Shown: positions 27,746 through 38,566, numbered from the stretch's first letter. The stretch is DNA of 64,000 nucleotides from Clostridia bacterium (GCA_045654805.1 JAZOOD010000067.1:2147-66146), one strand, 5' to 3'. Program-made: numbers and translations. Notes: generated by a model from the letters alone, not told the origin.

Positions 27746-28334
27746 AATTGGTATTTTTGGTGGTTCGTTTAATCCTATACACAACGGACATATATATGTT
27801 GCTGAAAATGTTAAGAAAATGCTTGATTTGGATAAAATTATTTTTATTCCTACAGGTATTGCACCTCATAAGGATAATAGCAATTTTGCTTCTAAAGAAC
27901 ATAGATATAATATGGTAAATCTGGCCGTTGAAGATAAGTTTGAGGTTTCGGATATTGAGGTTAAAACCGATAAGGTTTGTTATGCAGTTGATACTATGTC
28001 TGAAATAAAAAATATATATCCAAATGATGATTTGTACTATATTATTGGTGCGGATTCTCTGGCTGATTTTATGACCTGGCGAGAACCTGTTAAGCTTTTT
28101 GAAATGCTAAATATTATAGTCGTTGACCGCGAAAATACAGATGTTGCAAAATATGCTGAAGAATATCGGAAAAAATATAATGCGAAAATTACTATCTGTC
28201 ATATTAAAAAATATGATGTTTCATCCACAGAAATTAGAGAAATGATAAAGAAGACGGGAAGGTGCAAAAAATTTGTACCTCCTAAAATAGAGGAATATAT
28301 TATTAAACACAAGTTATACACGGAGGAAAAATAA
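27738..28334 (+). CDS. nadD: Nicotinate-nucleotide adenylyltransferase NadD
   Basis: GIFGGSFNPIHNGH nucleotidyltransferase motif and ISST.IR near the C-terminus; ATG 27738 overlaps the trmD stop. Confidence 0.9.
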   Translation: MSKIGIFGGSFNPIHNGHIYVAENVKKMLDLDKIIFIPTGIAPHKDNSNFASKEHRYNMVNLAVEDKFEVSDIEVKTDKVCYAVDTMSEIKNIYPNDDLYYIIGADSLADFMTWREPVKLFEMLNIIVVDRENTDVAKYAEEYRKKYNAKITICHIKKYDVSSTEIREMIKKTGRCKKFVPPKIEEYIIKHKLYTEEK

Positions 28335-28907
28335 GTGAATATTGCAGAAATAGAGCAGTGTATAAAGAAAATGACAAAGAAGTCACGATTTAATCATAGT
28401 AAAGGTGTTCAATATATGGCAGGTGAGCTTGCCAGACATTATGGATTAGATGTTGAAAAAGCTGAACTTACAGGTTTAATGCATGATTGTGTTAAAAACT
28501 TGCCTGTTGAAGAAATGTTCAGGTTATGTGATGAATTAGGTTGTGAACTTGATGAGGTTACTAAAAGAGAAACAAAGCTTATTCACGCACCACTCGGAGC
28601 TTATTATGTAAAAAAAATTTTTGGCGTAGATGATGATGAAATTTTTAATTCAATATATTATCATACAACCGCAAAGGCCGATATGACTTTGTTTGAAAAA
28701 GTTATATACCTTGCCGATGTCGTTGAGCCAAACAGAAAATATGACGTGGTTGACGAAATGCGTCAATTGGCATTTGAAAACGTTGACCTTGCAATGCTTA
28801 AAATTCTGGATTATAACATTACCAAACAAGTAAATGCAGGGAAGATGTTACATAGCGAAACTATTAATGCAAGAAATTATCTTATTGCAAAAGGGGTAAA
28901 TATATGA
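28335..28907 (+). CDS. yqeK: HD-domain protein YqeK (bis(5'-nucleosyl)-tetraphosphatase family)
   Basis: RFNHSKGV...HD HD-domain motifs; conserved nadD-yqeK-rsfS order. Confidence 0.85.
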   Translation: MNIAEIEQCIKKMTKKSRFNHSKGVQYMAGELARHYGLDVEKAELTGLMHDCVKNLPVEEMFRLCDELGCELDEVTKRETKLIHAPLGAYYVKKIFGVDDDEIFNSIYYHTTAKADMTLFEKVIYLADVVEPNRKYDVVDEMRQLAFENVDLAMLKILDYNITKQVNAGKMLHSETINARNYLIAKGVNI

Positions 28908-29260
28908 GTAAAGAATTAGTTAGAAAAATTGTTAAAGCACTTGATGATAAAAAGGCTATTAAAATTGAAGTTATTGATATTCAGGAACTTAGTCAGATTG
29001 CAGATTACTTTGTTGTATGCACCGGTTCATCTACTACACAGGTGAAGGCACTTGCTGACGAAGTGGAATTTCAACTTGGCAGTGATATAGAACATGAGGT
29101 TGGATATCATAAAGAAGGATATGGCTCTGCAGAATGGATATTATTGGATTATAAAGATGTTATCGTCCATATTTTCTGTGGTGAAACTCGTGATTTTTAT
29201 AATCTTGAACACCTATGGTCAGACGGTAAAGAAGTAGATATAAACGAATTTTTGGACTAA
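28904..29260 (+). CDS. rsfS: Ribosome silencing factor RsfS
   Basis: 118 aa, DYFVVCTG.S..QV.A, W.L.DY.DV.VH.F and R.FY.LE.LW motifs. Confidence 0.92.
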   Translation: MSKELVRKIVKALDDKKAIKIEVIDIQELSQIADYFVVCTGSSTTQVKALADEVEFQLGSDIEHEVGYHKEGYGSAEWILLDYKDVIVHIFCGETRDFYNLEHLWSDGKEVDINEFLD

Positions 29261-29275
29261 TTGGAGGTAATATAT

Positions 29276-31693
29276 ATGAGCAATTACGATTTTAAATCCA
29301 TTGAAAAGAAATGGCAACAATACTGGGATGATAATAAGACTTTTGAAGCTTCAAATATTGATAAATCAAAGCCTAAATTTTATGGTCTGGTAGAATTTCC
29401 TTATCCGTCAGGACATGGTTTGCACGTTGGTCACCCAAGAGGCTATACTGCAATAGATATTATTACACGTAAAAAACGTCTTGAAGGATATAATGTATTG
29501 TTTCCTATGGGGTGGGATGCATTCGGTTTGCCAACTGAAAACTTTGCTATTAAAAACAACATTCATCCTGCAGTAGTTACAAAGAACAATATTGAAAACT
29601 TTAAAAGACAGCTTAAAATGCTTGGCTTTGGTTTTGACTGGTCAAGGGAAGTAAATACTACTGACCCTAATTACTATAAGTGGACACAGTGGATTTTTCT
29701 TAAATTGTTTGAAAAAGGTCTTGCTTATAAAACAAAGATGCCAATAAACTTCTGTACAGGATGTAAGGTTGGACTTGCAAATGAAGAAGTTGTAAACGGT
29801 GTTTGTGAACGTTGTGGCAGTGAGGTTGTTCAAAAGGAAAAAAGCCAGTGGATGCTTAAAATTACTGAGTATGCACAACGCCTTATAGATGATCTTGATG
29901 ACCTTGATTATATTGAACGTGTTAAAGTTCAGCAGAAAAACTGGATTGGTAGAAGTGAGGGTGCTGAAGTAGACTTTAAAATCAAGGGTACAGATGATAA
30001 AGTCAGAGTCTATACAACACGTCCCGACACTTTATTTGGTGCTACATATATGGTACTTGCACCTGAACATCCTTATGTAGAAAAGTATAAGGATATGATT
30101 GAAAATTATGATGAAGTTGAAGCATATAAACTTGCTGCATCTAAAAAAAGCGATTTTGAAAGAGCGGAGCTTGATAAAGAAAAAACAGGTGTTATGCTTA
30201 AAGGTATCATAGCTATCGACCCTGTAAATAATGCTGAAATTCCAATTTGGATTTCGGATTATGTACTTGTTACTTATGGTACAGGTGCTATTATGGCTGT
30301 TCCTGCTCATGATACACGTGACTGGGAATTTGCTAAAAAATTTAATATGCCTATTATTGAAGTTGTGGCAGGCGGCGAAGATGTTCAAAAAGAGGCTTTT
30401 ACCGATGTTGCAACAGGTGTTATGGTTAATTCTGGATTCCTTACAGGTATGCAGGTTGAAGATGCTAAAAAGGCTATTATAGATTTTCTTGAAAAAGAAG
30501 GTATTGGTACACGCAAAGTTAACTATAAATTACGTGACTGGGTATTCTCACGTCAACGTTATTGGGGAGAACCTATTCCATTGGTTAACTGTCCTAAATG
30601 CGGATGGGTAGCATTACCGGAAAGCGAATTACCTTTACAGTTACCTGATACTGAAAATTTCGAACCCGGCGAATCGGGAGAATCTCCATTAATTAAAATC
30701 AGAGATTGGGTTGAAACTGCTTGTCCTAAGTGTGGTGGCAAGGCTGAGAGAGAAACTGATACAATGCCACAGTGGGCAGGTTCTTCCTGGTATTTCTTAA
30801 GATATATTGATCCTAACAATACCGACTTTATGGCAGGTATGGAAGAACTTAAGTATTGGTTGCCGATAGATTGGTATAACGGTGGTATGGAACATACAAC
30901 ACTTCACTTGTTGTATTCAAGATTCTGGCACAAATTCCTTTATGATATTGGTGCAGTTCCTACAAAAGAACCTTATCAGAAGAGAACTTCTCACGGTATG
31001 ATTTTGGGTGAAAATGGCGAAAAAATGTCAAAATCAAGAGGTAATGTAATTAATCCTGATGATGTTGTTAACGAATATGGTGCAGATACATTTAGAACAT
31101 ACGAAATGTTTATTGGTGCTTTTGACCAGGCAACACCTTGGTCTATGAATGGCGTTAAGGGGTGCTATAAATTCCTTGAAAGGGTATGGAATTTGCAAAA
31201 TATTTTAGTTGATGGTGATGAATATTCTAGAGAATTGGAAAGTGCGTTCCATAAAACAATTAAAAAAGTAACCGATGACTACAATAGAATGAAATTTAAT
31301 ACTGCTATTGCAGCATTAATGGCTTTGATTAACGATATATTAAAAGTTGGTAAAATAAATAAAGCTGAATTTAAAACATTTATTACTTTGTTAAATCCTA
31401 CGGCTCCTCATATAACAGAGGAACTTTGGCAGATTGCCGGTTTTGAAGGAGCGCTGTCTGATACACTATGGCCACAGTATGATGAGGCAAAGACTATTGA
31501 TGATGAAATTGAGATTGTTGCACAGATTAATGGTAAGGTAAAATGTAAACTTGTGGTAGGTGCTGAAGAAGCAGAAGATTCAATTAAGGAAAAAGCTTTG
31601 GCAGATCCTAAAATTGCAGAAGCTGTTGCAGGCAAAAGTGTTGTTAAAGTTATTGTTATTCCAAAACGACTAATAAATATTGTTGTAAAATAA
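29276..31693 (+). CDS. leuS: Leucine--tRNA ligase
   Basis: FPYPSG.GLHVGH (HIGH) and KMSKSRGN (KMSKS) motifs, CP1 editing domain. Start set to ATG 29276 after GGAGG. Confidence 0.97.
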   Translation: MSNYDFKSIEKKWQQYWDDNKTFEASNIDKSKPKFYGLVEFPYPSGHGLHVGHPRGYTAIDIITRKKRLEGYNVLFPMGWDAFGLPTENFAIKNNIHPAVVTKNNIENFKRQLKMLGFGFDWSREVNTTDPNYYKWTQWIFLKLFEKGLAYKTKMPINFCTGCKVGLANEEVVNGVCERCGSEVVQKEKSQWMLKITEYAQRLIDDLDDLDYIERVKVQQKNWIGRSEGAEVDFKIKGTDDKVRVYTTRPDTLFGATYMVLAPEHPYVEKYKDMIENYDEVEAYKLAASKKSDFERAELDKEKTGVMLKGIIAIDPVNNAEIPIWISDYVLVTYGTGAIMAVPAHDTRDWEFAKKFNMPIIEVVAGGEDVQKEAFTDVATGVMVNSGFLTGMQVEDAKKAIIDFLEKEGIGTRKVNYKLRDWVFSRQRYWGEPIPLVNCPKCGWVALPESELPLQLPDTENFEPGESGESPLIKIRDWVETACPKCGGKAERETDTMPQWAGSSWYFLRYIDPNNTDFMAGMEELKYWLPIDWYNGGMEHTTLHLLYSRFWHKFLYDIGAVPTKEPYQKRTSHGMILGENGEKMSKSRGNVINPDDVVNEYGADTFRTYEMFIGAFDQATPWSMNGVKGCYKFLERVWNLQNILVDGDEYSRELESAFHKTIKKVTDDYNRMKFNTAIAALMALINDILKVGKINKAEFKTFITLLNPTAPHITEELWQIAGFEGALSDTLWPQYDEAKTIDDEIEIVAQINGKVKCKLVVGAEEAEDSIKEKALADPKIAEAVAGKSVVKVIVIPKRLINIVVK

Positions 31694-31703
31694 ATTATAA
31701 TAT

Positions 31704-31730
31704 AAGGAAAGTCCGTTGTCGACTTTCCTT
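31704..31730 (+). terminator. Hairpin after leuS: AAGGAAAGTC-CGTTGTC-GACTTTCCTT (weak U-tract)
   Basis: 10-bp perfect inverted repeat 10 nt after the stop; the downstream sequence is only moderately T-rich. Confidence 0.5.
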
Positions 31731-31754
31731 AATTATTGTTATCAGGAGGTATTT

Positions 31755-32567
31755 ATGTTATATTTAGTTGGTACTCCCATAGGAAATTTTAATGATATGA
31801 CATATAGAGCGGTTGAAACTTTAAAAAATGTAGATTTAATTGCTGCTGAGGATACTCGTAATACCCTGAATTTACTTAATCACTTTGATATAAAAACAAA
31901 ACTGACAAGCTATCATGAACATAATAAAGTATCCAAAGGGCAACAACTCCTTGAACTTTTGATAGAGGGTAAGGACATTGCCGTTGTTACCGATGCAGGT
32001 ATGCCAGCAATTAGTGACCCGGGTGAGGATATTGTTAAATTGTGTATAGAAAATAACATTAAGATTACAACTATTCCCGGACCTACTGCATTTGTTTCAG
32101 CTTTAGTTATGTCAGGGTTGCCGAGTAAGGGTGTTATCTTTGAAGGATTCTTGTCTGCAAAAAATTCCGAAAGGGAAAAAAGACTTGTTGAGTTAAGGGA
32201 TTATAGAGAAACTATTATTTTTTATGAAGCTCCTCATAAACTGTTGCGTACCTTAGAACATATAAAAAATATTTTTGGTGACAGAAATTTATCAGTAAGT
32301 CGTGAAATTACAAAGAAATTCGAGGAAACTGTACGAGGTAAAATAAGTGAAGTTGTAGAACACTTTACTAAAAATATTCCTAAGGGAGAATTTGTTTTAG
32401 TTGTAAGCGGGGCAGAAGAAAAAGAAGAAGTTTACATAATTTCTGTAACACAACATGTTGATGAATTAATATCTCAGGGAATGGACAAAAAAACCGCAAT
32501 AGCAGAGGTAGCTAAATTACGCAAAATACCTAAGAGAAATGTTTATAATGAGTATGAAAATAGATAG
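31755..32567 (+). CDS. rsmI: 16S rRNA (cytidine1402-2'-O)-methyltransferase RsmI
   Basis: LYLVGTPIGN, IAAEDTR and DAGMPAISDPG tetrapyrrole-methylase-type motifs. Start is ATG 31755 after AGGAGG. Confidence 0.92.
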   Translation: MLYLVGTPIGNFNDMTYRAVETLKNVDLIAAEDTRNTLNLLNHFDIKTKLTSYHEHNKVSKGQQLLELLIEGKDIAVVTDAGMPAISDPGEDIVKLCIENNIKITTIPGPTAFVSALVMSGLPSKGVIFEGFLSAKNSEREKRLVELRDYRETIIFYEAPHKLLRTLEHIKNIFGDRNLSVSREITKKFEETVRGKISEVVEHFTKNIPKGEFVLVVSGAEEKEEVYIISVTQHVDELISQGMDKKTAIAEVAKLRKIPKRNVYNEYENR

Positions 32568-32593
32568 GTTTATAATTGTAAATAAAGTATTAA

Positions 32594-32641
32594 TGTTACA
32601 AGAATGTTACACGAATGTTACAATTTGACTTGACATGTTAC
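32594..32641 (+). promoter_or_regulatory. Array of four TGTTAC hexamers. Three are in an exact 11-bp register (32594, 32605, 32616). The fourth is at 32636, inside the promoter spacer. WalR-type (TGTWAH-N5-TGTWAH) operator candidate.
   Basis: Direct repeats (G/T)AATGTTACA read in sequence; match to the published B. subtilis WalR consensus. Confidence 0.6.
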
Positions 32642-32658
32642 ACAAGATATGGTATAAT
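32630..32658 (+). promoter_or_regulatory. Consensus promoter: TTGACA (32630-32635), 17 nt, TGg-TATAAT (-10 at 32653-32658)
   Basis: Perfect -35, perfect -10, extended TG and ideal spacing. Confidence 0.75.
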
Positions 32659-32703
32659 GACACTCGTAATGTAAAAACAAAAGAGAAAGATTGGAGTGAT
32701 TCA

Positions 32704-33384
32704 GTGGAATTAGTCAAGAAGTTAATTAAGTTCACTATCGCATTAACAATTTCTATTTTGGGTACTGTTATTATAGTTAATGCGGATCCCGGTGTAGTTA
32801 CCGGAAATGGAGTAAATTTCAGAAGTGGCCCGGGAACAGGGTACGATATATATGCATGTTTGCCAAGAGGTACATATGTTACAGTTGACAGTACAGAAGG
32901 CAACTGGTTCAAGATTACATACAATGGTGTAACTGGTTATATGTCTGCTGATTATATTAGCGTTAGAAAAGGCGTCGAGGTTGACCGTTCAGGTCTTACG
33001 GTAGACAGGTACGGCACATCAGGTGAAACTATTGTAAACTATGCGGCTCAGTTTTTAGGTACTCCATATGTTTATGGTGGTACATCTCCAAGTGGTTTTG
33101 ATTGTTCCGGATTTGTGTATTATGTGTACAGAAGTTTTGGTTATACATTGAATAGAACCGCTGCTGGTCAGAATTCTAATGGTATTTGGGTATCGAGGGA
33201 CGCTCTTGTGCCTGGCGATATTGTATTGTTTAATACAAGCGGTGGTATTAGTCATGCAGGCATTTATGTCGGCGGTGATCAGTTTATTCACGCTGTAAAA
33301 CCAGGTACACCATTACAATATGACAGTTTGAATTCATCATATTATTCATCAAGATACGTATCTGCAAGAAGAATTATTTATTAA
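32704..33384 (+). CDS. Secreted cell-wall hydrolase: signal/anchor + bacterial SH3 domain + NlpC/P60 D,L-endopeptidase domain
   Basis: SH3b-like GVNFRSGPGT.Y....L.RGT.V......W.KI. NlpC/P60 catalytic motifs YVYGG..P.GFDCSGFV and ISHAGIYVG. GTG 32704 follows a GGAGTG RBS; the track start at 32635 lies in the promoter. Confidence 0.85.
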   Translation: MELVKKLIKFTIALTISILGTVIIVNADPGVVTGNGVNFRSGPGTGYDIYACLPRGTYVTVDSTEGNWFKITYNGVTGYMSADYISVRKGVEVDRSGLTVDRYGTSGETIVNYAAQFLGTPYVYGGTSPSGFDCSGFVYYVYRSFGYTLNRTAAGQNSNGIWVSRDALVPGDIVLFNTSGGISHAGIYVGGDQFIHAVKPGTPLQYDSLNSSYYSSRYVSARRIIY

Positions 33385-33389
33385 ATTTT

Positions 33390-33427
33390 AACAACCTTTG
33401 CATTTTTTTGATGTAAAGGTTGTTTTT
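33390..33427 (+). terminator. Intrinsic terminator after the NlpC/P60 gene (AACAACCTTTGCAT / ATGTAAAGGTTGTT + TTT)
   Basis: 14-bp stem (one G-U pair), 7-nt loop, T-tract. Confidence 0.8.
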
Positions 33428-33523
33428 CTTTGTTTTAGTACTTGTCAAAATGAAAAAAATAGTATAAAATAATAAAGAAAGGTATTCATTATACATTTTA
33501 TGTTTTATCGAAAGGATTATTAT

Positions 33524-34348
33524 ATGATATTTACTAAAATGCATTGTGTGTGCAATGATTTTTTAATTTTAAACTGCTTTGATGATATTATGGAAATTTC
33601 TGAAGATTTACCCGTTAAAGTATGTGACAGACATACTGGTATAGGTGCTGATGGACTTGTTTTGATTTTATACTCAAATGATGCGGATTTCAGGATAGTT
33701 TTCTATAACATAGACGGAATTAAAGCACCTTGTAATACAAATATATTAAGGTGTGCGGCTAAATATGCATTGGATAATAAATTAGTTGATAAAAAAATGA
33801 TTTCCATAGATACTGATAATGGAATAAAATATGTAGTGGTTAATGAAGATAATTCACTTACAATAAATATTGGGGAACCTGTATTTACACCTCAGCTTAT
33901 TCCTGTTGACTATACAGGTGATGATTTTATCGAGAAGGTTATTTCGGTAGGTGCAGATGATTACGTGGCAAGTTGTGTGTCCATAAGTTCTAACCCGTGT
34001 ACTGTAATTTTTACTGAAAATACAGATGAACTTAATGATATTGAAATTAACAAAATTGCTCCGTATATTGAAAAACACAATGTTTTTCCGAATAGTTCAA
34101 ATGTTATATTTGCTAATATTGTTGACAGAAATACCTTGCAGATACGTTGCTGGCAGATTAGAACAGGTGAAGTTATAGGTTGTGATTTTGGCGCAGTGGC
34201 AGCTTTTGTTGTGGCTAACTTTATTGGCAAGCTTGATGATAAAATAACTGCTGAACTTTATGGTGGTGACTTGTCTTTGGAAATAAGTGATGATAATTTT
34301 GCATATGTTACCGGTTTTGCTGATAATGTTTTTGAAATTAACTGGTAA
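33524..34348 (+). CDS. dapF: Diaminopimelate epimerase family protein (divergent DapF)
   Basis: FTKMHCVCNDF (canonical KMHG.GNDF), both catalytic Cys positions retained (DG...PCNTN; TGEVIGCDFG), about 275 aa. Confidence 0.7.
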   Translation: MIFTKMHCVCNDFLILNCFDDIMEISEDLPVKVCDRHTGIGADGLVLILYSNDADFRIVFYNIDGIKAPCNTNILRCAAKYALDNKLVDKKMISIDTDNGIKYVVVNEDNSLTINIGEPVFTPQLIPVDYTGDDFIEKVISVGADDYVASCVSISSNPCTVIFTENTDELNDIEINKIAPYIEKHNVFPNSSNVIFANIVDRNTLQIRCWQIRTGEVIGCDFGAVAAFVVANFIGKLDDKITAELYGGDLSLEISDDNFAYVTGFADNVFEINW

Positions 34349-34405
34349 TTTTGCATTTATACGACATAATATATTATGACGATTAAAGTTTAGTAGGTGT
34401 ATATA

Positions 34406-35050
34406 TTGTTTAAAAGAATTCGAAATGATGTTAAAACAGTACTTGATCGTGACCCTGCGGCAAGAAGCTTTTTTGAAGTTTTTTTTCTCTATTCGGGTGT
34501 TAAAGCAATCAGTTATTACAGAGTAGCACATTGGTTTTATACAAAAAAACTTTATTTTATAGCAAGATATTTGTCACAACGTGCAAGACGTATTACAGGT
34601 ATAGAAATACATCCGGCGGCTATTATTGGTGATGGTGTGTTTATAGACCATGGTATGGGAGTTGTAATTGGAGAAACAACTATAATTGGTGATAACTGCA
34701 CAATCTATCAGGGGGTAACACTTGGCGGTACAGGTAAAGATAAAGGGAAACGTCACCCAACAATCGGAAATAATGTCGTTATCGGCTCCGGTGCAAAGGT
34801 TTTGGGTCCTTTTACTGTTGGTGATAATTCTAAAATTGCTGCCAATGCTGTTGTTTTGTCTGAGGTCCCTGCTAACTGTACTGTTGTGGGTGTGCCGGGA
34901 CGTGTTGTCCGGAAGAACAATGTTAAGGTTAATATTGTTGCAGACCTTGATCAGGTTCATATTCCCGACCCGATTTCTATGGAGCTTTGCAAGTTGAATG
35001 TAAGGTTGGATAAGCTAGAAAAGGAGAATATTAAAAATGAAAATATATAA
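34406..35050 (+). CDS. cysE: Serine O-acetyltransferase
   Basis: [21 protein letters not shown]-terminus and hexapeptide repeats ([23 protein letters not shown]). TTG 34406 after AGGTG. Confidence 0.92.
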   Translation: MFKRIRNDVKTVLDRDPAARSFFEVFFLYSGVKAISYYRVAHWFYTKKLYFIARYLSQRARRITGIEIHPAAIIGDGVFIDHGMGVVIGETTIIGDNCTIYQGVTLGGTGKDKGKRHPTIGNNVVIGSGAKVLGPFTVGDNSKIAANAVVLSEVPANCTVVGVPGRVVRKNNVKVNIVADLDQVHIPDPISMELCKLNVRLDKLEKENIKNENI

Positions 35051-36431
35051 TACATTAACTAGGCAAAAGGAAGAATTTGTACCAATAGTTCCAAATGAAG
35101 TTAAAATGTATTCCTGCGGACCTACTGTTTACAATTATTTTCATATTGGTAACGCAAGACCGTTTATAATTTTTGACACAATGCGTAGATACCTTGAGTA
35201 CAATGGTTATAATGTTACCTTTGTGCAGAATTTTACTGATATAGATGATAAAATGATTAATAGAGCAAATGATGAGGGTATTACTGTTAAGGAACTTGGT
35301 GAGCGATTTATTGCTGAATATTTTAATGATGCAGATTCACTAGGAATCCGTAGAGCATCATTTCATCCAAAGGCTACTGAAAATATTGATTCAATCATTG
35401 CAATTGTTAAGAAGCTTGAGGAAAACGGCTATGCATATAATGTAGACGGCGATGTTTATTTTTCAACAAAGAAATTTAAAGAATACGGAAAGCTTTCCCA
35501 TCAACCCCTTGATGATTTGGAAGCAGGTGCAAGAATTGACGTAAATGAAAGCAAAAATGACCCGATGGATTTTGCTCTATGGAAAAAACAAAAACCCGGT
35601 GAACCTGCGTGGGAAAGTCCATGGGGAATGGGTAGACCGGGATGGCATATTGAATGTTCTGCTATGGCAAACAAATTTTTAGGTGAAACAATTGATATAC
35701 ACAGCGGCGGGCAGGATTTGATTTTTCCTCACCACGAAAATGAAATTGCTCAAAGCGAATGTGCCAACTGTAAGCCTTTTGCAAAATATTGGATGCATAA
35801 CGGATATATAAATGTTGACAATAAAAAGATGTCAAAATCACTAGGGAACTTTTTTACAGTACGTGATGTACTTAAGGAATTTGATGGAGAGGTTATTCGT
35901 TTCTTTATGTTGTCAGCACATTACAGAAGTCCTATTAACTTCTCAAAAGACCTTATCGAACAGGCTAAAACAGGGCTTGAAAGATTATATACATGTATTA
36001 ATAACCTTGAATTTTTAAAACAAAATTCAAGTGTCGGTAATTTAAATAATGAAGTCAAGGAATTATGTACAAAATATAAATTAGCTTTTTGTGAAGCTAT
36101 GGATGATGATTTAAATACCGGTCTTGCAATAGCTGCATTATTTGATTTTGTAAGAGATATTAATTCGAGATTCACTTCAACTTCTGTACAGAGTATTGAA
36201 GATATTGATGAATGTATTAATATGTTAAAAGAATTAGGTGAAGTTTTGGGTATATTACAAAATACCGAAACAGACTCTATTGATAATGAAATAGAGGAAT
36301 TAATAACCAAACGTCAGGAAGCAAGAAAGAACAAGAATTTTGCTTTAGCTGATGAAATTAGAGATAACTTAAAGGCTCAGGGAATTATCCTTGAGGATAC
36401 GCCAAACGGTGTAAAGTGGAAAAGAGTGTAA
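35037..36431 (+). CDS. cysS: Cysteine--tRNA ligase
   Basis: [15 protein letters not shown] (HIGH) and KMSKSLGN (KMSKS) motifs; overlaps the cysE stop. Confidence 0.97.
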   Translation: MKIYNTLTRQKEEFVPIVPNEVKMYSCGPTVYNYFHIGNARPFIIFDTMRRYLEYNGYNVTFVQNFTDIDDKMINRANDEGITVKELGERFIAEYFNDADSLGIRRASFHPKATENIDSIIAIVKKLEENGYAYNVDGDVYFSTKKFKEYGKLSHQPLDDLEAGARIDVNESKNDPMDFALWKKQKPGEPAWESPWGMGRPGWHIECSAMANKFLGETIDIHSGGQDLIFPHHENEIAQSECANCKPFAKYWMHNGYINVDNKKMSKSLGNFFTVRDVLKEFDGEVIRFFMLSAHYRSPINFSKDLIEQAKTGLERLYTCINNLEFLKQNSSVGNLNNEVKELCTKYKLAFCEAMDDDLNTGLAIAALFDFVRDINSRFTSTSVQSIEDIDECINMLKELGEVLGILQNTETDSIDNEIEELITKRQEARKNKNFALADEIRDNLKAQGIILEDTPNGVKWKRV

Positions 36432-36814
36432 TGAGCGGGGTTGATATTTTGACTGATGCACAGCAATATTCTCCATTGGTACTTGCGTATATGGGAGATG
36501 CGGTTTATGAATTGTATGTTCGTAGAATGCTAATCGATAAAGCTAATACACAGGTTGACAGACTCCATAAATCTGCTATACAGATTGTAAAGGCAGAAGC
36601 ACAGTGTGAAGCCTTCAGAAAAATTGAAAACGAACTTACAGAGAAGGAAATGGCTGTATTCAAGCGGGGAAGAAATACAAAGTCAAGTGTCCCTAAACAC
36701 TCGTCAGTTGCAGAATACAGAACAGCTACTGGTCTGGAAGCTTTAATTGGGTACATATATCTTACGGGTGATACTAATCGCCTGGATTATATTATGAACT
36801 TAATTTTAGAATAA
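36431..36814 (+). CDS. mrnC: Mini-ribonuclease 3
   Basis: LAYMGDAVYELYVR RNase III-like signature, about 127 aa, conserved cysS-mrnC order; TAATG overlap. Confidence 0.9.
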   Translation: MSGVDILTDAQQYSPLVLAYMGDAVYELYVRRMLIDKANTQVDRLHKSAIQIVKAEAQCEAFRKIENELTEKEMAVFKRGRNTKSSVPKHSSVAEYRTATGLEALIGYIYLTGDTNRLDYIMNLILE

Positions 36815-36827
36815 AGACGGTGATTAA

Positions 36828-37673
36828 TTGAAAAAAACAACAAAAGTTTTAAAGAAATACCTTTCAATAACTATGGGATGTATGCTCGCGGGTTTTTCAC
36901 TTAGTTGTTTTTTGGCTCCAAATGACATTATTGCAGGTGGAGTATCAGGTGTGGCTACTATTATTAATCATTTTACTTCATTACCTATTGGGTTAATGAT
37001 TATGTTAATTAATATCCCTATATTTATATGTGGGGTAATAAAGTTTGGTAAATCATTGGGTATTTCAACATTATATGCAACTATTGCACTATCTGTTTTT
37101 ACAGACATTTTTTCTGCTATTGGAATGCTTACCGATGATATGCTTTTAGCATCAGTTTTTGGGGGAATAATTGCTGGTGCAGGTTATGGTATTGTATTTT
37201 ATTGTAAAGCCACAACCGGCGGTGTTGATATTATTGCTAATATTATTAAAACTAAATACAGACATTTTCAACTTGGTAAAATTATATTGATAGTTGATCT
37301 TGTGATTATTTTGTTTGCGATGTATGTGTATAAAAACATCAACATAGGTCTTTATTCGATAATTGCACTATGGCTTACTGCATATGTGCTTGATATGATT
37401 TTAGAGGGTTTTAATTTTGCTAAACTTGTCTTGATTATATCTGATAATTATGAGGAAATTGCAAAATTAATCAATACAAAGCTTAAAAGAGGTGCAACTT
37501 TTTTAAACGGACAAGGCACATATACCAATCATTCTAAAAAAGTTATAATGTGTACTATTAAAGAAAAAGAAATTCCTATGCTTAAGGATATAATAAAGTC
37601 CGTTGATAATGATTCATTTGTTCTTATAACCGATGCCAGAGAAGTTTTAGGTGAAGGTTTTTTAGAACATTGA
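36828..37673 (+). CDS. YitT family membrane protein (DUF2179 C-terminal domain)
   Basis: Polytopic N-terminal region with GG.SG and GGVD motifs, plus a C-terminal soluble domain typical of YitT. Confidence 0.8.
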   Translation: MKKTTKVLKKYLSITMGCMLAGFSLSCFLAPNDIIAGGVSGVATIINHFTSLPIGLMIMLINIPIFICGVIKFGKSLGISTLYATIALSVFTDIFSAIGMLTDDMLLASVFGGIIAGAGYGIVFYCKATTGGVDIIANIIKTKYRHFQLGKIILIVDLVIILFAMYVYKNINIGLYSIIALWLTAYVLDMILEGFNFAKLVLIISDNYEEIAKLINTKLKRGATFLNGQGTYTNHSKKVIMCTIKEKEIPMLKDIIKSVDNDSFVLITDAREVLGEGFLEH

Positions 37674-37726
37674 TTATAAATATTAACTAACGAAGGGGAG
37701 GGTAGCAATTTTATATTGCGAAAATT

Positions 37727-38566
37727 ATGAACAACAGAGATTTGGAAATTATGGCATGTAAAATTAGACATCACATAATTAACGAAGTACACTCTGCAAA
37801 GGCAGGGCATCCGGGTGGTTCACTGTCTATGGCTGATATTATCACAGAGCTATATTTTGAACAGATGAATGTAGACCCAAAAAATCCTAAGTGGGACAAG
37901 AGAGACAGATTTGTTTTGTCTAAAGGACATTGTTCTCCCGCACTATATGGTGCATTGGCTGAAAAAGGCTTTTTCCCGGTAGAGGATTTACCAACATTTA
38001 GACATACAGGAAGTTATTTGCAGGGACATCCGAGCCTTAAAGATACTCCTGGAGTAGATATGTCTACAGGTTCTCTTGGTCAGGGTATTTCTGCTGCAAA
38101 TGGTATGGCTATTGCAGCAAAGCTTAATGGTGATGATTACCGTGTATACACAGTTTTAGGTGATGGTGAAATTGAAGAAGGTCAGGTGTGGGAGGCTGCT
38201 ATGTTTGCTGCTCACTATAAGCTTGATAATCTTTGTGCAGTAGTTGACTGGAACGGTTTGCAGATTGATGGTAGAATTGAAGATGTTATGTCATCTCTTC
38301 CTATTGATGAGAAATTTGCAGCTTTCGGTTGGAATGTAATATTAGTTGATGCTCACGATTTTGATTCATTAAGAGATGGATTTAATAAAGCTAAGGAATG
38401 CAAGGGGAAACCAACAGTTTTGGTTGCTAAGAGCACAAAGGGTAAGGGAGTTTCCTTTATGGAAAATCTTGCAAGCTGGCACGGCGTTGCTCCTAACGAT
38501 GAACAACGTGCACAGGCTATTGCTGAACTTGATGAAAAATTAGCTGAATTGGGAGGTAAAATGTAA
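37727..38566 (+). CDS. Transketolase, N-terminal (TPP-binding) subunit
   Basis: GHPGGSLS, SKGH and GDGE..EG..WEA motifs; split-type tkt. Confidence 0.93.
   Translation: MNNRDLEIMACKIRHHIINEVHSAKAGHPGGSLSMADIITELYFEQMNVDPKNPKWDKRDRFVLSKGHCSPALYGALAEKGFFPVEDLPTFRHTGSYLQGHPSLKDTPGVDMSTGSLGQGISAANGMAIAAKLNGDDYRVYTVLGDGEIEEGQVWEAAMFAAHYKLDNLCAVVDWNGLQIDGRIEDVMSSLPIDEKFAAFGWNVILVDAHDFDSLRDGFNKAKECKGKPTVLVAKSTKGKGVSFMENLASWHGVAPNDEQRAQAIAELDEKLAELGGKM

Noticed and set aside
29261-29275. T-box leaders expected upstream of leuS (and of cysE-cysS at 34349-34405)
   Set aside because: The intergenic gaps are about 15 nt and about 57 nt, far too short for a T-box of about 200 nt. No specifier or T-box sequence was seen.
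32635-32703. N-terminal extensions implied by the ORF-track starts: 32635 for the NlpC/P60 gene, and also 88, 2206, 7418, 10544, 29261, 31716, 33500, 54871, 56998 and 61417
   Set aside because: The extended starts fall inside promoters, hairpins or the RBS itself. Downstream in-frame ATG, GTG or TTG codons have GGAGG-type RBSs at 5-10 nt and give N-termini typical of each family.
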